Shown here one piece after another: positions 24,320 to 34,016 of a stretch of DNA of 64,000 nt (position 1 is the first letter of the stretch; each line of letters begins with the position of its first letter). The notes under the pieces were generated by a model. The model was not told the DNA's origin. It saw only the letters and a program-made list of their open reading frames with translations, and made no database searches. The DNA is taken from positions 1 through 64,000 of IMG/VR virus record IMGVR_UViG_3300027749_000089; one strand, written 5' to 3'. This DNA comes from a virus. Both the position numbers and the translations under genes were made by a program.

Positions 24320-26853
24320 TGAGTGCTACTAAAGATATAATCATGGCGGGATATACACCATTATCTGATAATTTTTGGCACACTACTTTAGATACAGCTA
24401 GTGTAAATGATGTTATTTATGCTAGTGCGTATGATAGTAGCGGTAATGTCTATATTACAGGACAAGCTGGAACTGCTGATACTACTACACCTGCTTTTAT
24501 AGCTAAAGTAAACTCTTTAGGGATTCTACAATGGCAAAGAAAATTAGATTGGTCTCCTTATGTAGATACAGGAACCTCTATTAATTTAGATAGCTCTGGT
24601 AATATTTATATAATCGGTAATACAGCTAATGTAGGAGCTTTTATTGCTAAATATAGCAATAGTGGTACTATCCAATGGCAGCGTACAATTACTAAGGCTC
24701 CTGGAGTATATACAGTATATGATATTATTATTACAAATACAGATATTTATATTGCAGGGCAAGGTTACAACACTGTAACTTCTAAAAATTCAGCAGTTTT
24801 AATCAAATATAATACTAGCGGTACTTTACAATGGTCTAAAGGTCTTTCAGGGTTTTCTGATGTGTCAATAGGAAGGTCAATATCTATAGATACTACTGGA
24901 AATATTTACCTAGCTGGCGACTATTTTATGAGTAGTTCTGTGTATGGGGTATTTTTAAGTAAATTTAACGCAGAAGGAACTTTATTAGCTCTTATTAAAT
25001 TTTCAGTACCTACTTCAGATTGTGTTGTAGGTAAAATACAAGTTAATAGTATTGATAACTCTATTTATCTAGTTATGACCGAATCACTAGTATCAGGGTA
25101 CTCTTCAACTTATATAATTAAAACAGATTCTTCATTAATTTTACAATGGCAACGTAAATTAACTAAAACAAATTCTACGTTTAATTTAAAAAGTGTTTCT
25201 ACCGATTCTGCAGGTAATGTCTATGCTGCTGGAAATTTGAGTAGTAATTCTTTAGGTTATATTTATAAGTACTCGCCTAGTGGTACTATAATTTGGGTTA
25301 GAAATTGGTATTGGTCTGGAGATTATCAACCAGAACTTTACGATATAAATTGTGCTAATGATACCGCTATGTATATAACGGGTTCTATGAAAGTAGGAAC
25401 TATAGCAGTTATTTCTAAATTACCCCAAGATGGTTCACTACAAGGAGTTGCAACTGTAGGTACTTTACCTATTACTTATAATAGCACGGTAACTTTAACT
25501 GATAGTGCTGGCAATGCTAGCGTAAGCAATAATATCAGTGCGTGGTTAGCTAAATCATTAACACCTTCTGGGCTAGCAACTCCTAATAAATTTAAAATAA
25601 TTGGGGATACTGGATGTATTCTTGGAGGTTATAGCCCTACGTATGCCACTAGTGCCTGCTCTCGTTTTAATTCAAATGGTAGCATTTTAAATTCTTTTAC
25701 AATGGCAAGTCCTCCTTCTGTATTTACAGAATCTACAACAGATAGTTCTGGTAATATTTATATTAGTGGTACTGGGACTGCAAAATTTATAGCTAAATAT
25801 ACTTCTGCTGGTATAGTTGTATTTATTAGAAATATGACAGCTATAGGTACTGTCAGATGTATGGGAATGGTTACAGATTCGTCTAATAATGTATATTCTT
25901 TAATTTCTTCTGCTTATGGTGCTAGCACAGCAGATACAACTATTTTAATTAAATATGATTCTACAGGAACTATTTTATGGAAACGTACCTTATACCTAAC
26001 AGATAGAAACGTATCCTCTTTAAAACTTTGTATTGCAAATAATAATTTATATATTGGTAGCAATATTTATACAACTGGTACTCAGGCACCATCTATAGGC
26101 TTACTTACTAAATATAATAGTAGTGGGGTACTGCAATGGAAAGTTAACTTTACTACAGTCATGATTTTATCTGATATTATAGTAGATTCTTTTGAAAATA
26201 TTTATGTTGCAGGTTCAAGTAGTGGTTATTTGCAATCCTATCTTATAAAATTTGATAATACAGGAGCAATTATATCTACTGTTACAACCGTTAGTTATAA
26301 TAATTATCTTACTATAGATTCTTTAGGTAATATCTATATTACTGGGGTGGATTTAAATAATTATAATTATATAGCTATTTCTAAATTTAACTCTACAGGA
26401 ACTTTACAATTTGTTAGAAATTTATATGTACCATCTAAAACTTGTACGTCTCTTGGAATTGGTATGACTTCTACGAATGATATTATGATAGGAGGTACTT
26501 TAAATAATGATTTTCCTGGGCAAGTTGGTTTTGTAGCTAAATTGCCTTCCGATGGTAGTTTAATGGGAACACTATCAGCGGGCACACCTAATATTATATA
26601 TGCGTCAGAAACTGCAACATCTACAGCTGTTGCAGGATTAGCTACTACTAGTTCTTCCGTTTTAGAAGCTGCTGATACAAGTTACTCTGAATCAACTTAT
26701 ACCGGAGGTGCTATAACCTATGCTTCTTCTGGAACTTTTAGTGTAATTTCAGTAAATGATAATATAACAGTATCAACATTAACCACCACAGAAGCTGCAG
26801 GTTCCTTAACTGAGTCTGCTGGAAATATGACAACCGCTAATTTAAAACTTTAA
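24319..26853 (+). CDS. Beta-propeller repeat protein (probable adhesin / receptor-binding protein), likely two propellers
   Basis: Many DSSGN[IV]Y[IV]xG...[IL]xKY[ND]SSGxxQW blades; both halves end in KLPxDGSL. Confidence 0.75.
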   Translation: MSATKDIIMAGYTPLSDNFWHTTLDTASVNDVIYASAYDSSGNVYITGQAGTADTTTPAFIAKVNSLGILQWQRKLDWSPYVDTGTSINLDSSGNIYIIGNTANVGAFIAKYSNSGTIQWQRTITKAPGVYTVYDIIITNTDIYIAGQGYNTVTSKNSAVLIKYNTSGTLQWSKGLSGFSDVSIGRSISIDTTGNIYLAGDYFMSSSVYGVFLSKFNAEGTLLALIKFSVPTSDCVVGKIQVNSIDNSIYLVMTESLVSGYSSTYIIKTDSSLILQWQRKLTKTNSTFNLKSVSTDSAGNVYAAGNLSSNSLGYIYKYSPSGTIIWVRNWYWSGDYQPELYDINCANDTAMYITGSMKVGTIAVISKLPQDGSLQGVATVGTLPITYNSTVTLTDSAGNASVSNNISAWLAKSLTPSGLATPNKFKIIGDTGCILGGYSPTYATSACSRFNSNGSILNSFTMASPPSVFTESTTDSSGNIYISGTGTAKFIAKYTSAGIVVFIRNMTAIGTVRCMGMVTDSSNNVYSLISSAYGASTADTTILIKYDSTGTILWKRTLYLTDRNVSSLKLCIANNNLYIGSNIYTTGTQAPSIGLLTKYNSSGVLQWKVNFTTVMILSDIIVDSFENIYVAGSSSGYLQSYLIKFDNTGAIISTVTTVSYNNYLTIDSLGNIYITGVDLNNYNYIAISKFNSTGTLQFVRNLYVPSKTCTSLGIGMTSTNDIMIGGTLNNDFPGQVGFVAKLPSDGSLMGTLSAGTPNIIYASETATSTAVAGLATTSSSVLEAADTSYSESTYTGGAITYASSGTFSVISVNDNITVSTLTTTEAAGSLTESAGNMTTANLKL

Positions 26854-26862
26854 GGCAATAAA

Positions 26863-27315
26863 ATGCAAGTAGCTATTGTAAATAATAATGAAATATCTAG
26901 TATAGATTCAATTTATACTTTATTCCCAAATGTATCTTTTCCGGTAACAGGAGTTGATAATGCTTTTTTAACTGACCATTCTTTATTACCTCTTCAAGTT
27001 TGGGAAGTTTTTGATAGTACTACTGAAAAATTAGTAAATTGTCAACCCTATATTAAGGATGGTAAAGTTTTTACTTATATAAAAGAGACAAAAACTCAAG
27101 AAGAACTTATAGCTGATTTAGAGCTTACTAGTCTAAGAACTGTAGATGATATTAGATTTAAACGTAACCAATTACTTAAAGATTCAGACTGGACTCAAGT
27201 AGCTGACGCTCCTGTGGATAAAGAAGCATGGGCTACTTATAGACAAGAACTTAGAGATATAACATCTCAAACAGGATTTCCTGACAACATTATATTTCCT
27301 TCACCACCTAACTAG
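26863..27315 (+). CDS. Tail fibre assembly chaperone
   Basis: [20 protein letters not shown]...[19 protein letters not shown] signature. Confidence 0.85.
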   Translation: MQVAIVNNNEISSIDSIYTLFPNVSFPVTGVDNAFLTDHSLLPLQVWEVFDSTTEKLVNCQPYIKDGKVFTYIKETKTQEELIADLELTSLRTVDDIRFKRNQLLKDSDWTQVADAPVDKEAWATYRQELRDITSQTGFPDNIIFPSPPN

Positions 27316-27323
27316 GAGAAATC

Positions 27324-28055
27324 ATGGCTAAAAATTTATCAGATATTCTCCGTGGTGCTAATTATGGGACATTGCCTATAATTAATGGGGGTACAGGGGT
27401 AACTACTTCTACTGGTAGTGGAAATCTAGTATTTTCTATATCACCAACTTTAGTAACTCCTATTTTAGGAACACCTGCAAGTGGGATTTTAACTAGTTGT
27501 ACAGGATTACCTTTAACTACAGGTATAACTGGTATATTACCTATAGCTAATGGAGGTACAGGGGCAACAACTTTAGCTGGTGCAAACTTACCAGTAACAA
27601 ATGTAGCAAATACCTTTACAGGTACACAGACTTTTAGTGGAACATCAACTACACTAGCGGCTATATTAACTAATGCGGCTGAAACTACTACGGTGTCTGC
27701 TACTGCGGCTACTGGAACGATTGCATACTATACTGCGTCACAGTCTGTAATGTACTATACAACTAATGCTTCGGCTAACTGGACTTTAAATATTAGGCAT
27801 TCAGTAGGAACTACTTTAAATACTGTAATGGCTATAGGTCAAACTGTTACAGCTACTTTTATGGTAACTCAAGGCACTACAGCATTTTATAATAACGTAG
27901 TACAAGTAGATGGAACAACGGTAACACCTAAATGGCAAGGGGGTTCAGCACCAACAACCGGCAATGGAAGTTCTATTGATGTTTATACCTATGCTATTAC
28001 AAAAACTGCTGCTGCGACATTTACTGTCTTAGCTGCTGTTACTAAATTTGCTTAA
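27324..28055 (+). CDS. Second tail fibre / adaptor protein
   Basis: LPIxNGGTG repeats; C-terminal KWQGGSAPT domain similar to that of 22793. Confidence 0.7.
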   Translation: MAKNLSDILRGANYGTLPIINGGTGVTTSTGSGNLVFSISPTLVTPILGTPASGILTSCTGLPLTTGITGILPIANGGTGATTLAGANLPVTNVANTFTGTQTFSGTSTTLAAILTNAAETTTVSATAATGTIAYYTASQSVMYYTTNASANWTLNIRHSVGTTLNTVMAIGQTVTATFMVTQGTTAFYNNVVQVDGTTVTPKWQGGSAPTTGNGSSIDVYTYAITKTAAATFTVLAAVTKFA

Positions 28056-28064
28056 GGATTATTT

Positions 28065-29129
28065 ATGCCTTTAATTTCAAGTTTAGGTTTAATGAATGCT
28101 ATAGGATTTTGGTTTAGTAGTTTAAAATACCCACCGTCGATAGCGATGAGTTCTATGAATGCACCATACCAAGATATTTACCCTTGGGTAACAGGCGTAG
28201 GTTTTGGTGTAAGGTTTACAAATCCAACAACCACAATGGCTATAGGTGCTAAAGGGTTTTCATTTAACACTAACTCATCTGTTGTTTCGTTTGGTATGAA
28301 TGGTTCTCCTTTTATAACTACTTATAAGTGGAGTCCTTTAGGGTATGGGACAAAATATATTGACCCGTCACCTTCTTTTACTGGAGGGTCAAATGGTCCT
28401 GTATTTAACCCTGTAGGTGATACTATTGCTATAGGGCAAACAGCAACACCTTTTATTGGCGCATACCCTTGGAATGATACTACAGGTTATGGTACAAAAT
28501 ATGCTGACCCTTCTATATTGCCAGCCAGCACAGGGAACGCCATTGCTTTTTCTCCCAATGGAAATGATATATTTCTTGGGCATACTACTACCCCAAATAT
28601 GACTGCTTATGCTTGGAGTTCTGGGTTTGGTACAAAATACGCTAACCCCGCATCTGCGCTTTCCGGAAGAGGTCTTGCAGTAGCTATTAACACAGCAGAG
28701 AATGTATTAACAGTTGGTACAAATGGTACACCGTATGTTAATGCCTATATTTGGACAAGTGGAGTAGGGTTTGGAACTAAATATGCTGACCCTTCAACAT
28801 TACCTACAGGAAATATCAATTCCGCAACATTTAATCCTACAGGGACGGTAGTTTCTTACGCATCAAATGCGTCTCCATATGTAATATCGTACCCTTGGAG
28901 CGCAGGTTATGGGACAAAATATACTGACCCTAGCGTATTGCCGGTAATTAGCACAGGAGCAAGCGGTGTAAGTTTTAATTCAACAGGGTCAGATATAGCA
29001 GTAGCTTCAGATGGGACAACTGCTTTAACGGTCTATCCTTGGAGCGCAGGATATGGGACTAAATATACTGACCCAACTACACTTCCAACAGGCAGCAACG
29101 CATCCAAAGTAAGTTTTTCATCAAAGTAA
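28065..29129 (+). CDS. Second beta-propeller adhesin with ~45-aa repeats
   Basis: About 7 repeats of YPWxxG[FY]GTKY[AT][DN]PxxLP...F[NS]PxG. Confidence 0.7.
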   Translation: MPLISSLGLMNAIGFWFSSLKYPPSIAMSSMNAPYQDIYPWVTGVGFGVRFTNPTTTMAIGAKGFSFNTNSSVVSFGMNGSPFITTYKWSPLGYGTKYIDPSPSFTGGSNGPVFNPVGDTIAIGQTATPFIGAYPWNDTTGYGTKYADPSILPASTGNAIAFSPNGNDIFLGHTTTPNMTAYAWSSGFGTKYANPASALSGRGLAVAINTAENVLTVGTNGTPYVNAYIWTSGVGFGTKYADPSTLPTGNINSATFNPTGTVVSYASNASPYVISYPWSAGYGTKYTDPSVLPVISTGASGVSFNSTGSDIAVASDGTTALTVYPWSAGYGTKYTDPTTLPTGSNASKVSFSSK

Positions 29130-29142
29130 TTAGGAATATAAA

Positions 29143-29559
29143 ATGTATTTAACAATAACAAACCAAGACACACTTAATATGCTTGCATTTAACATCGTGC
29201 ATAGAGAAAGAGAAGTAAACGGATACCAAATTAACATTGATAATTTTACTCAAATGTTAACGGTACTTCCACAAGGTGATGTCCCTTCTGATATTGCACA
29301 ATATGTAGGCGCAAAACCGGATAATCATACAAAAATAGACGATTTACCTTTATCTTTTAGTGACGAACAAATTGATTTAATCAGTAAGTATCAATATAGA
29401 GTTGATTTAACGTTAAGGGTACGAACTGAAAAAGCCGAGCAAAATAAAGCTAAAGCGGTTTTAAATGCTTTGAAAGCTCAAATCCCTACTGACCAACTAG
29501 ATGCTTTAGTTGCTGATGCTTTAGTTAAAGTTAATGCTCAATCTGCCCCTTCAGCTTAG
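29143..29559 (+). CDS. Hypothetical protein (possible adhesin chaperone)
   Basis: 138 aa, helical; follows the second adhesin. Confidence 0.6.
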   Translation: MYLTITNQDTLNMLAFNIVHREREVNGYQINIDNFTQMLTVLPQGDVPSDIAQYVGAKPDNHTKIDDLPLSFSDEQIDLISKYQYRVDLTLRVRTEKAEQNKAKAVLNALKAQIPTDQLDALVADALVKVNAQSAPSA

Positions 29560-29651
29560 CTTATAGCTGAAGTAAGATTTTAATGGAAGTATTACGCAAG
29601 GACTTTGTAAAGCCAAAGAAAACCAACTTTTAATTAATTAAGGAGTACAGT

Positions 29652-30554
29652 ATGGCTGACATGACAACACCAAATATTTTTACAATGCCACAAACTGGTG
29701 GTAACAGCGACATGGGTATGGGCGCAATTACACCTTTAATCTTAGGTGCGGCTCTTTTCGGTGGGAAAGGCGGATTGTTCGGTAACAACAGTGGCGTGGA
29801 TGCAGCGGCAGCTGCAGCAGTTCATGGCGCCACCACAACAGAAGTCCAAGGTATCATAAACGGTATTAATACTATTCAAGATATTGGTTCAGTAAGACGC
29901 GAAATCGGTGAAGTTCAAAGAGAAATCTGGAAAGCTGAAGGCGATGTACAAAATGCAGTTACGGCAAGTGCTGGAAATCTTAATAATACGATTTTACAAT
30001 CGCAAATTGCATCAATGCAAGGTCAAGCAGCTATTATGGCTTCTGTTGATATGCATGCAAGTGATTTGTCAGGTGAAATTAGCACTTCATTAGCAGCAAC
30101 TAATGCAGCTTTCGCAGTGACCAATGCAGCTATTGCGGCGGGTACAGCAGCGGCAGCATTAGCAGCTAAAGATGGTGAGATTGCAGGTTTACGTAATACA
30201 CAAATTATTACAGCAACTATTTCTGCTGATGGTAGTTTAACACGTGCCGCTATTGCAGATCTTAAAGATCAATTACCGAATGCTCGCGAATTACAATTAC
30301 AACGTGAAGTTGGTGTGTTAGAAGTTCAATTATCACGTCAATTAGCAGCTGAAAATGTTCGTTCAGGTAATGTTGATGTTATCACTAATGTTAACCAAAC
30401 AGCTACCCAAACTAACCAACAAGTCCAGATTCAAGCAATCTTGGGTGCGATTCAAGGATTGAGTCATAATCAAAGTGCAATGGCTACAAACTTGAATATC
30501 GGAGGCTACCAACGTGGTGTTAATCAAACACCAACTAACGTTGCCGGGTTTTAA
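29652..30554 (+). CDS. Gly-rich hydrophobic N-terminus plus long Ala/Gln coiled-coil, unknown function
   Basis: TAAGGAG RBS; AITPLILGAALFGGKGGLFG followed by extended heptads. Confidence 0.8.
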   Translation: MADMTTPNIFTMPQTGGNSDMGMGAITPLILGAALFGGKGGLFGNNSGVDAAAAAAVHGATTTEVQGIINGINTIQDIGSVRREIGEVQREIWKAEGDVQNAVTASAGNLNNTILQSQIASMQGQAAIMASVDMHASDLSGEISTSLAATNAAFAVTNAAIAAGTAAAALAAKDGEIAGLRNTQIITATISADGSLTRAAIADLKDQLPNARELQLQREVGVLEVQLSRQLAAENVRSGNVDVITNVNQTATQTNQQVQIQAILGAIQGLSHNQSAMATNLNIGGYQRGVNQTPTNVAGF

Positions 30555-30568
30555 AGAGAAATCAAAAT

Positions 30569-30916
30569 ATGGACTCGTCAGTAATCCAAAGACAGATCGA
30601 GCTTCTCCAAGCACAAATGATACCCGTGAGAGCACAAGCGATGAAACGAGTAGAATCGGTGGAAGAGACGGTGAAGAGAGTTCTTCAGACAGAGATGGCG
30701 AAGTTACAACCACCTAGTTTACAAGCAGAACCTATAGTAAGTGAAGAAGGCGTTAATATGCTTTCTGCTATAGGCTCTGCCTTGACTGAAGAACAACAAC
30801 AATGGTTATCATTGCCAGAAAATCAATCCTGTATTATCGAATTCTTTTCTACAATGGAAGGGCAAGCTATAACAAGACGATTCTTTACGGCATATAAGGA
30901 ATACAAATGCAAGTAG
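30569..30916 (+). CDS. Hypothetical protein
   Basis: 115-aa ORF in an operon with 29652. Confidence 0.65.
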   Translation: MDSSVIQRQIELLQAQMIPVRAQAMKRVESVEETVKRVLQTEMAKLQPPSLQAEPIVSEEGVNMLSAIGSALTEEQQQWLSLPENQSCIIEFFSTMEGQAITRRFFTAYKEYKCK

Positions 30917-31161
30917 TACACACAGTAAAACTCTCTACTGAAGAGAAGGATGAATTGCTAAAGTTAGCAGTTAAGGTTGGTACGGTTCAAGAAAGTACAG
31001 CTTATACACCTGAAGAAAAGACTAAGTTAATTAAAGATAATATGGATTGGTTTAATTCATTATTATGTGATTACATTCATGATGCTTTCACATACGGTTA
31101 TAATGAAGGTAAAAATTTAGCCGATATTAAAGATACAGAAATGTATAAACCTACAGTTTAA
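30907..31161 (+). CDS. Hypothetical protein
   Basis: TAAGGA RBS; 84 aa. Confidence 0.65.
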   Translation: MQVVHTVKLSTEEKDELLKLAVKVGTVQESTAYTPEEKTKLIKDNMDWFNSLLCDYIHDAFTYGYNEGKNLADIKDTEMYKPTV

Positions 31162-31173
31162 TTGGAGACAATT

Positions 31174-31305
31174 ATGTCATTTATAGATGATTTGAAAGAC
31201 GCAGTAGAAACAGTTGTAGAAGTAGCAGTACCTGTATTACCTCATGAAGTAGTAGAAACAGTTGTTGATGTAACAATCGACACTATTGCGGATGCTGTAT
31301 CATGA
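31174..31305 (+). CDS. 43-aa Val/acidic amphipathic peptide
   Basis: GGAG RBS; MSFIDDLKDAVETVVEVAVPVLPHEVVETVVDVTIDTIADAVS. Confidence 0.6.
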   Translation: MSFIDDLKDAVETVVEVAVPVLPHEVVETVVDVTIDTIADAVS

Positions 31306-31460
31306 AGAATACTTTAGAAAAAGCGTTTAAAGATGCAGGAAAAGCTATTAATCACACTGTACACGAAGCAGCGGATGTTGCAGAAAAAGTTGTGATTAAT
31401 CCTGATGTACAAGAAGTAGCAAAAGAAGTTGCTATTGGCGTTATTGTTGCAGCGGTATAA
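31302..31460 (+). CDS. 52-aa peptide with a hydrophobic C-terminus
   Basis: ATGA coupling; ends KEVAIGVIVAAV directly before the endolysin. Confidence 0.6.
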   Translation: MKNTLEKAFKDAGKAINHTVHEAADVAEKVVINPDVQEVAKEVAIGVIVAAV

Positions 31461-31462
31461 TT

Positions 31463-31912
31463 ATGGAACTTAGCGATAAAGGCGCAGAAGACTTAAAAGG
31501 TTCTGAAGGGTTTAGATCGCAACCGTATCCAGATGGTGAGGGCGTCCCTACTATTGGCTTTGGTAGTACTCTCTATGAGAATGGTACTAGAGTCACATTA
31601 AAGGACGCTCCCATTACTAAGGAGCGAGCGTTACAAATCTTCAAAGTTACCCTTAAGCAATACACAAGTGCAGTTGATAAAAACGTAACTGTACCGTTAA
31701 CACAAAACGAATTTGATGCATTAGTAGAGTTTACATATAACGTAGGTGTAGCCGCTTTTAAAGGTTCTACATTATTGAAACTACTTAATGCAGGGGCGCC
31801 TAAAGATCAAGTGGCTGCTCAATTCCTTAGATGGAATAAAGATGAAGGTAAAGTCGTTCCAGGCTTAACCAATAGACGTAAACATGAATCAACTAAATTT
31901 TTAGGAAAATAA
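31463..31912 (+). CDS. Endolysin, GH24 (T4/P21-type) lysozyme
   Basis: E-x8-D-x5-T catalytic triad in EGFRSQPYPDGEGVPTIGFG; QNEFDALVEFTYNVG; GLTNRR. Confidence 0.93.
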   Translation: MELSDKGAEDLKGSEGFRSQPYPDGEGVPTIGFGSTLYENGTRVTLKDAPITKERALQIFKVTLKQYTSAVDKNVTVPLTQNEFDALVEFTYNVGVAAFKGSTLLKLLNAGAPKDQVAAQFLRWNKDEGKVVPGLTNRRKHESTKFLGK

Positions 31913-31913
31913 A

Positions 31914-32117
31914 ATGGCAGACCAGCAAGAAACACCAGTCGTAGTGGCACCTAAAGTTATGGCTAAGGTACAACCAAAAGAATTTGTAAATAAAATTACA
32001 TCTAACTGGAATATTACATCTACTGAAGTTGAAGAAGAAATCACAGCTTTGAATAGCGTGACAAATGAATATTTTGAAGGCACTATTGTTGAATTTAATA
32101 GACTATTAGAGGCTTAG
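31914..32117 (+). CDS. Hypothetical protein
   Basis: 67 aa with AGGA RBS, directly before the portal. Confidence 0.65.
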   Translation: MADQQETPVVVAPKVMAKVQPKEFVNKITSNWNITSTEVEEEITALNSVTNEYFEGTIVEFNRLLEA

Positions 32118-32118
32118 T

Positions 32119-33702
32119 ATGACATACGGCCCTACTAAGACAGTTGCGGATCCTTGTCAAGCGTATGAGTATCTTAAACCTTCGTGGAATAAGGCACGTG
32201 CTGTATGCAATGGGGAACGTACTGTAAAAGAGCTGGATCAGTATATTGATCTAATTAGATTTAGCAATTTGCTGATACCCTTCTCTACAACAATGAGCCA
32301 AGCTCAATATGACTTTTATAAGTCAGAAGCTGAATTACCAGGCATTACTGCACAATTTGCTAAGATGCTTGTTGGGGGTTTATTAAGAAAAGCTCCTATA
32401 TTAACATTACCGGATGAAGTTCCTGAAGAAGCTAAGGATTGGCTTATCAATAATATCGGACGTGATGACTCTACACTAGTAGCATTTCTTGATGAATTAT
32501 TGTGGGAAGAGATCAATACATCCCGTGCATGGGTATTTGTAGACCACCCATCCGTTAATAATGTTGAAAACTTAGATAAAGAAACTAGAGATATGATTAA
32601 ACCATATCCTATTTTGCAAAAAGCTGAAACAATTGTTAACTGGGCAACAGCTGTAGATATATTTGGTAAAACAGTTTTAAAATATGTAATTGTTAAAGGT
32701 TACTCAGACGATTATACTATTAATGAATTCCATGCTATGAGAGTCCCTACGGTCTGGGTACATGAATTAAACGAAGAAGGTAATTACCAAATTCGTAAGT
32801 TCATGGGCACAACTAAAGACAATGGCGATCAAACTCTTAAAATAGGAGGTATTGGTGAGAAAGCTCAGCAATTACTACCTTCAGGCCATTTCGAGTTAAT
32901 AGAAACATTTGACAATATACTTAATAGCGGGGAACCACTAAGGCATATTCCTGCATGGCCTGTTAATGGTAGTATAGAACCTATTATGCCATTATTAATG
33001 CCTATCGTAGATAAAGAGATTAGCCTATATAATAAAATTAGTAGACGAAATCATTTACTATACGGTGCAGCTACTTATACACCTGTTATTATGTCAGATA
33101 TGCCTGATGAACAATTTGATGAAATTGTAGACGCTGGATTAGGGTCTTGGATAAGATTACGCCAAGATGATAAAGCAGATGTCTTAAAAACACCCACAGA
33201 CGCATTACAAGACATGCAAAAAGCTATTGAAGCATCTATCGATGAAATGGCTAAACTTGGCATTAGAATGCTTACAACTGAAAATGAACAATCAGGTATT
33301 GCATTAGAAATTCGTAATGCTGCTCAAACGGCACAATTAAGTGTGTTGAGTACAAAAATCTCCAGTACATTAAAGCAAGTAATATGCTTAATGGTTAATT
33401 GGAGATATGGATTAAAAATTAATGCATGTGATATTGTGTTTAATTTATCCGCAGATTTTGATCCAGTGCCTTTAGGTGCTGAGTGGTTGAATCTTGTTAC
33501 TCAATGGTATCAATCAGGGTTATTACCTAGAACTGTGTGGCTGCAGATGCTAAAGGCAAATGATATTCTTAATTCTGAATATGATGATGAAGCCGCATTA
33601 CAAGAAGTAAACGCAGATCCTCAGATCATACCTGCAGCAACTAAATATAATGATCAGTATGCAATGCAAACATCATCACAACAAGGAGTTAATAATGGCT
33701 AA
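32119..33702 (+). CDS. Portal protein
   Basis: 527 aa; position upstream of MuF, scaffold and capsid genes; sequence pattern resembles DUF4055-type siphovirus portals. Confidence 0.75.
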   Translation: MTYGPTKTVADPCQAYEYLKPSWNKARAVCNGERTVKELDQYIDLIRFSNLLIPFSTTMSQAQYDFYKSEAELPGITAQFAKMLVGGLLRKAPILTLPDEVPEEAKDWLINNIGRDDSTLVAFLDELLWEEINTSRAWVFVDHPSVNNVENLDKETRDMIKPYPILQKAETIVNWATAVDIFGKTVLKYVIVKGYSDDYTINEFHAMRVPTVWVHELNEEGNYQIRKFMGTTKDNGDQTLKIGGIGEKAQQLLPSGHFELIETFDNILNSGEPLRHIPAWPVNGSIEPIMPLLMPIVDKEISLYNKISRRNHLLYGAATYTPVIMSDMPDEQFDEIVDAGLGSWIRLRQDDKADVLKTPTDALQDMQKAIEASIDEMAKLGIRMLTTENEQSGIALEIRNAAQTAQLSVLSTKISSTLKQVICLMVNWRYGLKINACDIVFNLSADFDPVPLGAEWLNLVTQWYQSGLLPRTVWLQMLKANDILNSEYDDEAALQEVNADPQIIPAATKYNDQYAMQTSSQQGVNNG

Positions 33703-34003
33703 GAGTGTAAAAAGAAGTATGGCGTTAAAAGGCAATAATAATGCGGCTAAACATGGATTAGGTGCAGGATTTGGTGCAACAATGGGTGCAGGCTTAGCAA
33801 TGCCTTTTGCAAAACCTGCTGCAATGTTTATGGCTAAAAGTGCTGGTCCAATGGTAATTGCACATGCTGCAGGATTAGGTGCATCTAAAGGATTATTGTT
33901 TGGCGGTACTGGGGCGTTAGTGGGGGCAGCTATTGGTGGCGGCTTAAGTTATTTAGCGTATAGTAAATTGCCAATTCAAAATCATGCAAGACACACTAAT
34001 TAA
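33695..34003 (+). CDS. Glycine-zipper membrane-active protein
   Basis: AAGGAG RBS; basic N-terminus (KGNNNAAK), then GxxxG repeats GLGAGFGATMGAGL and GGTGALVGAAIGGGL. Confidence 0.7.
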   Translation: MAKSVKRSMALKGNNNAAKHGLGAGFGATMGAGLAMPFAKPAAMFMAKSAGPMVIAHAAGLGASKGLLFGGTGALVGAAIGGGLSYLAYSKLPIQNHARHTN

Positions 34004-34016
34004 TTAAAGGCTACAC

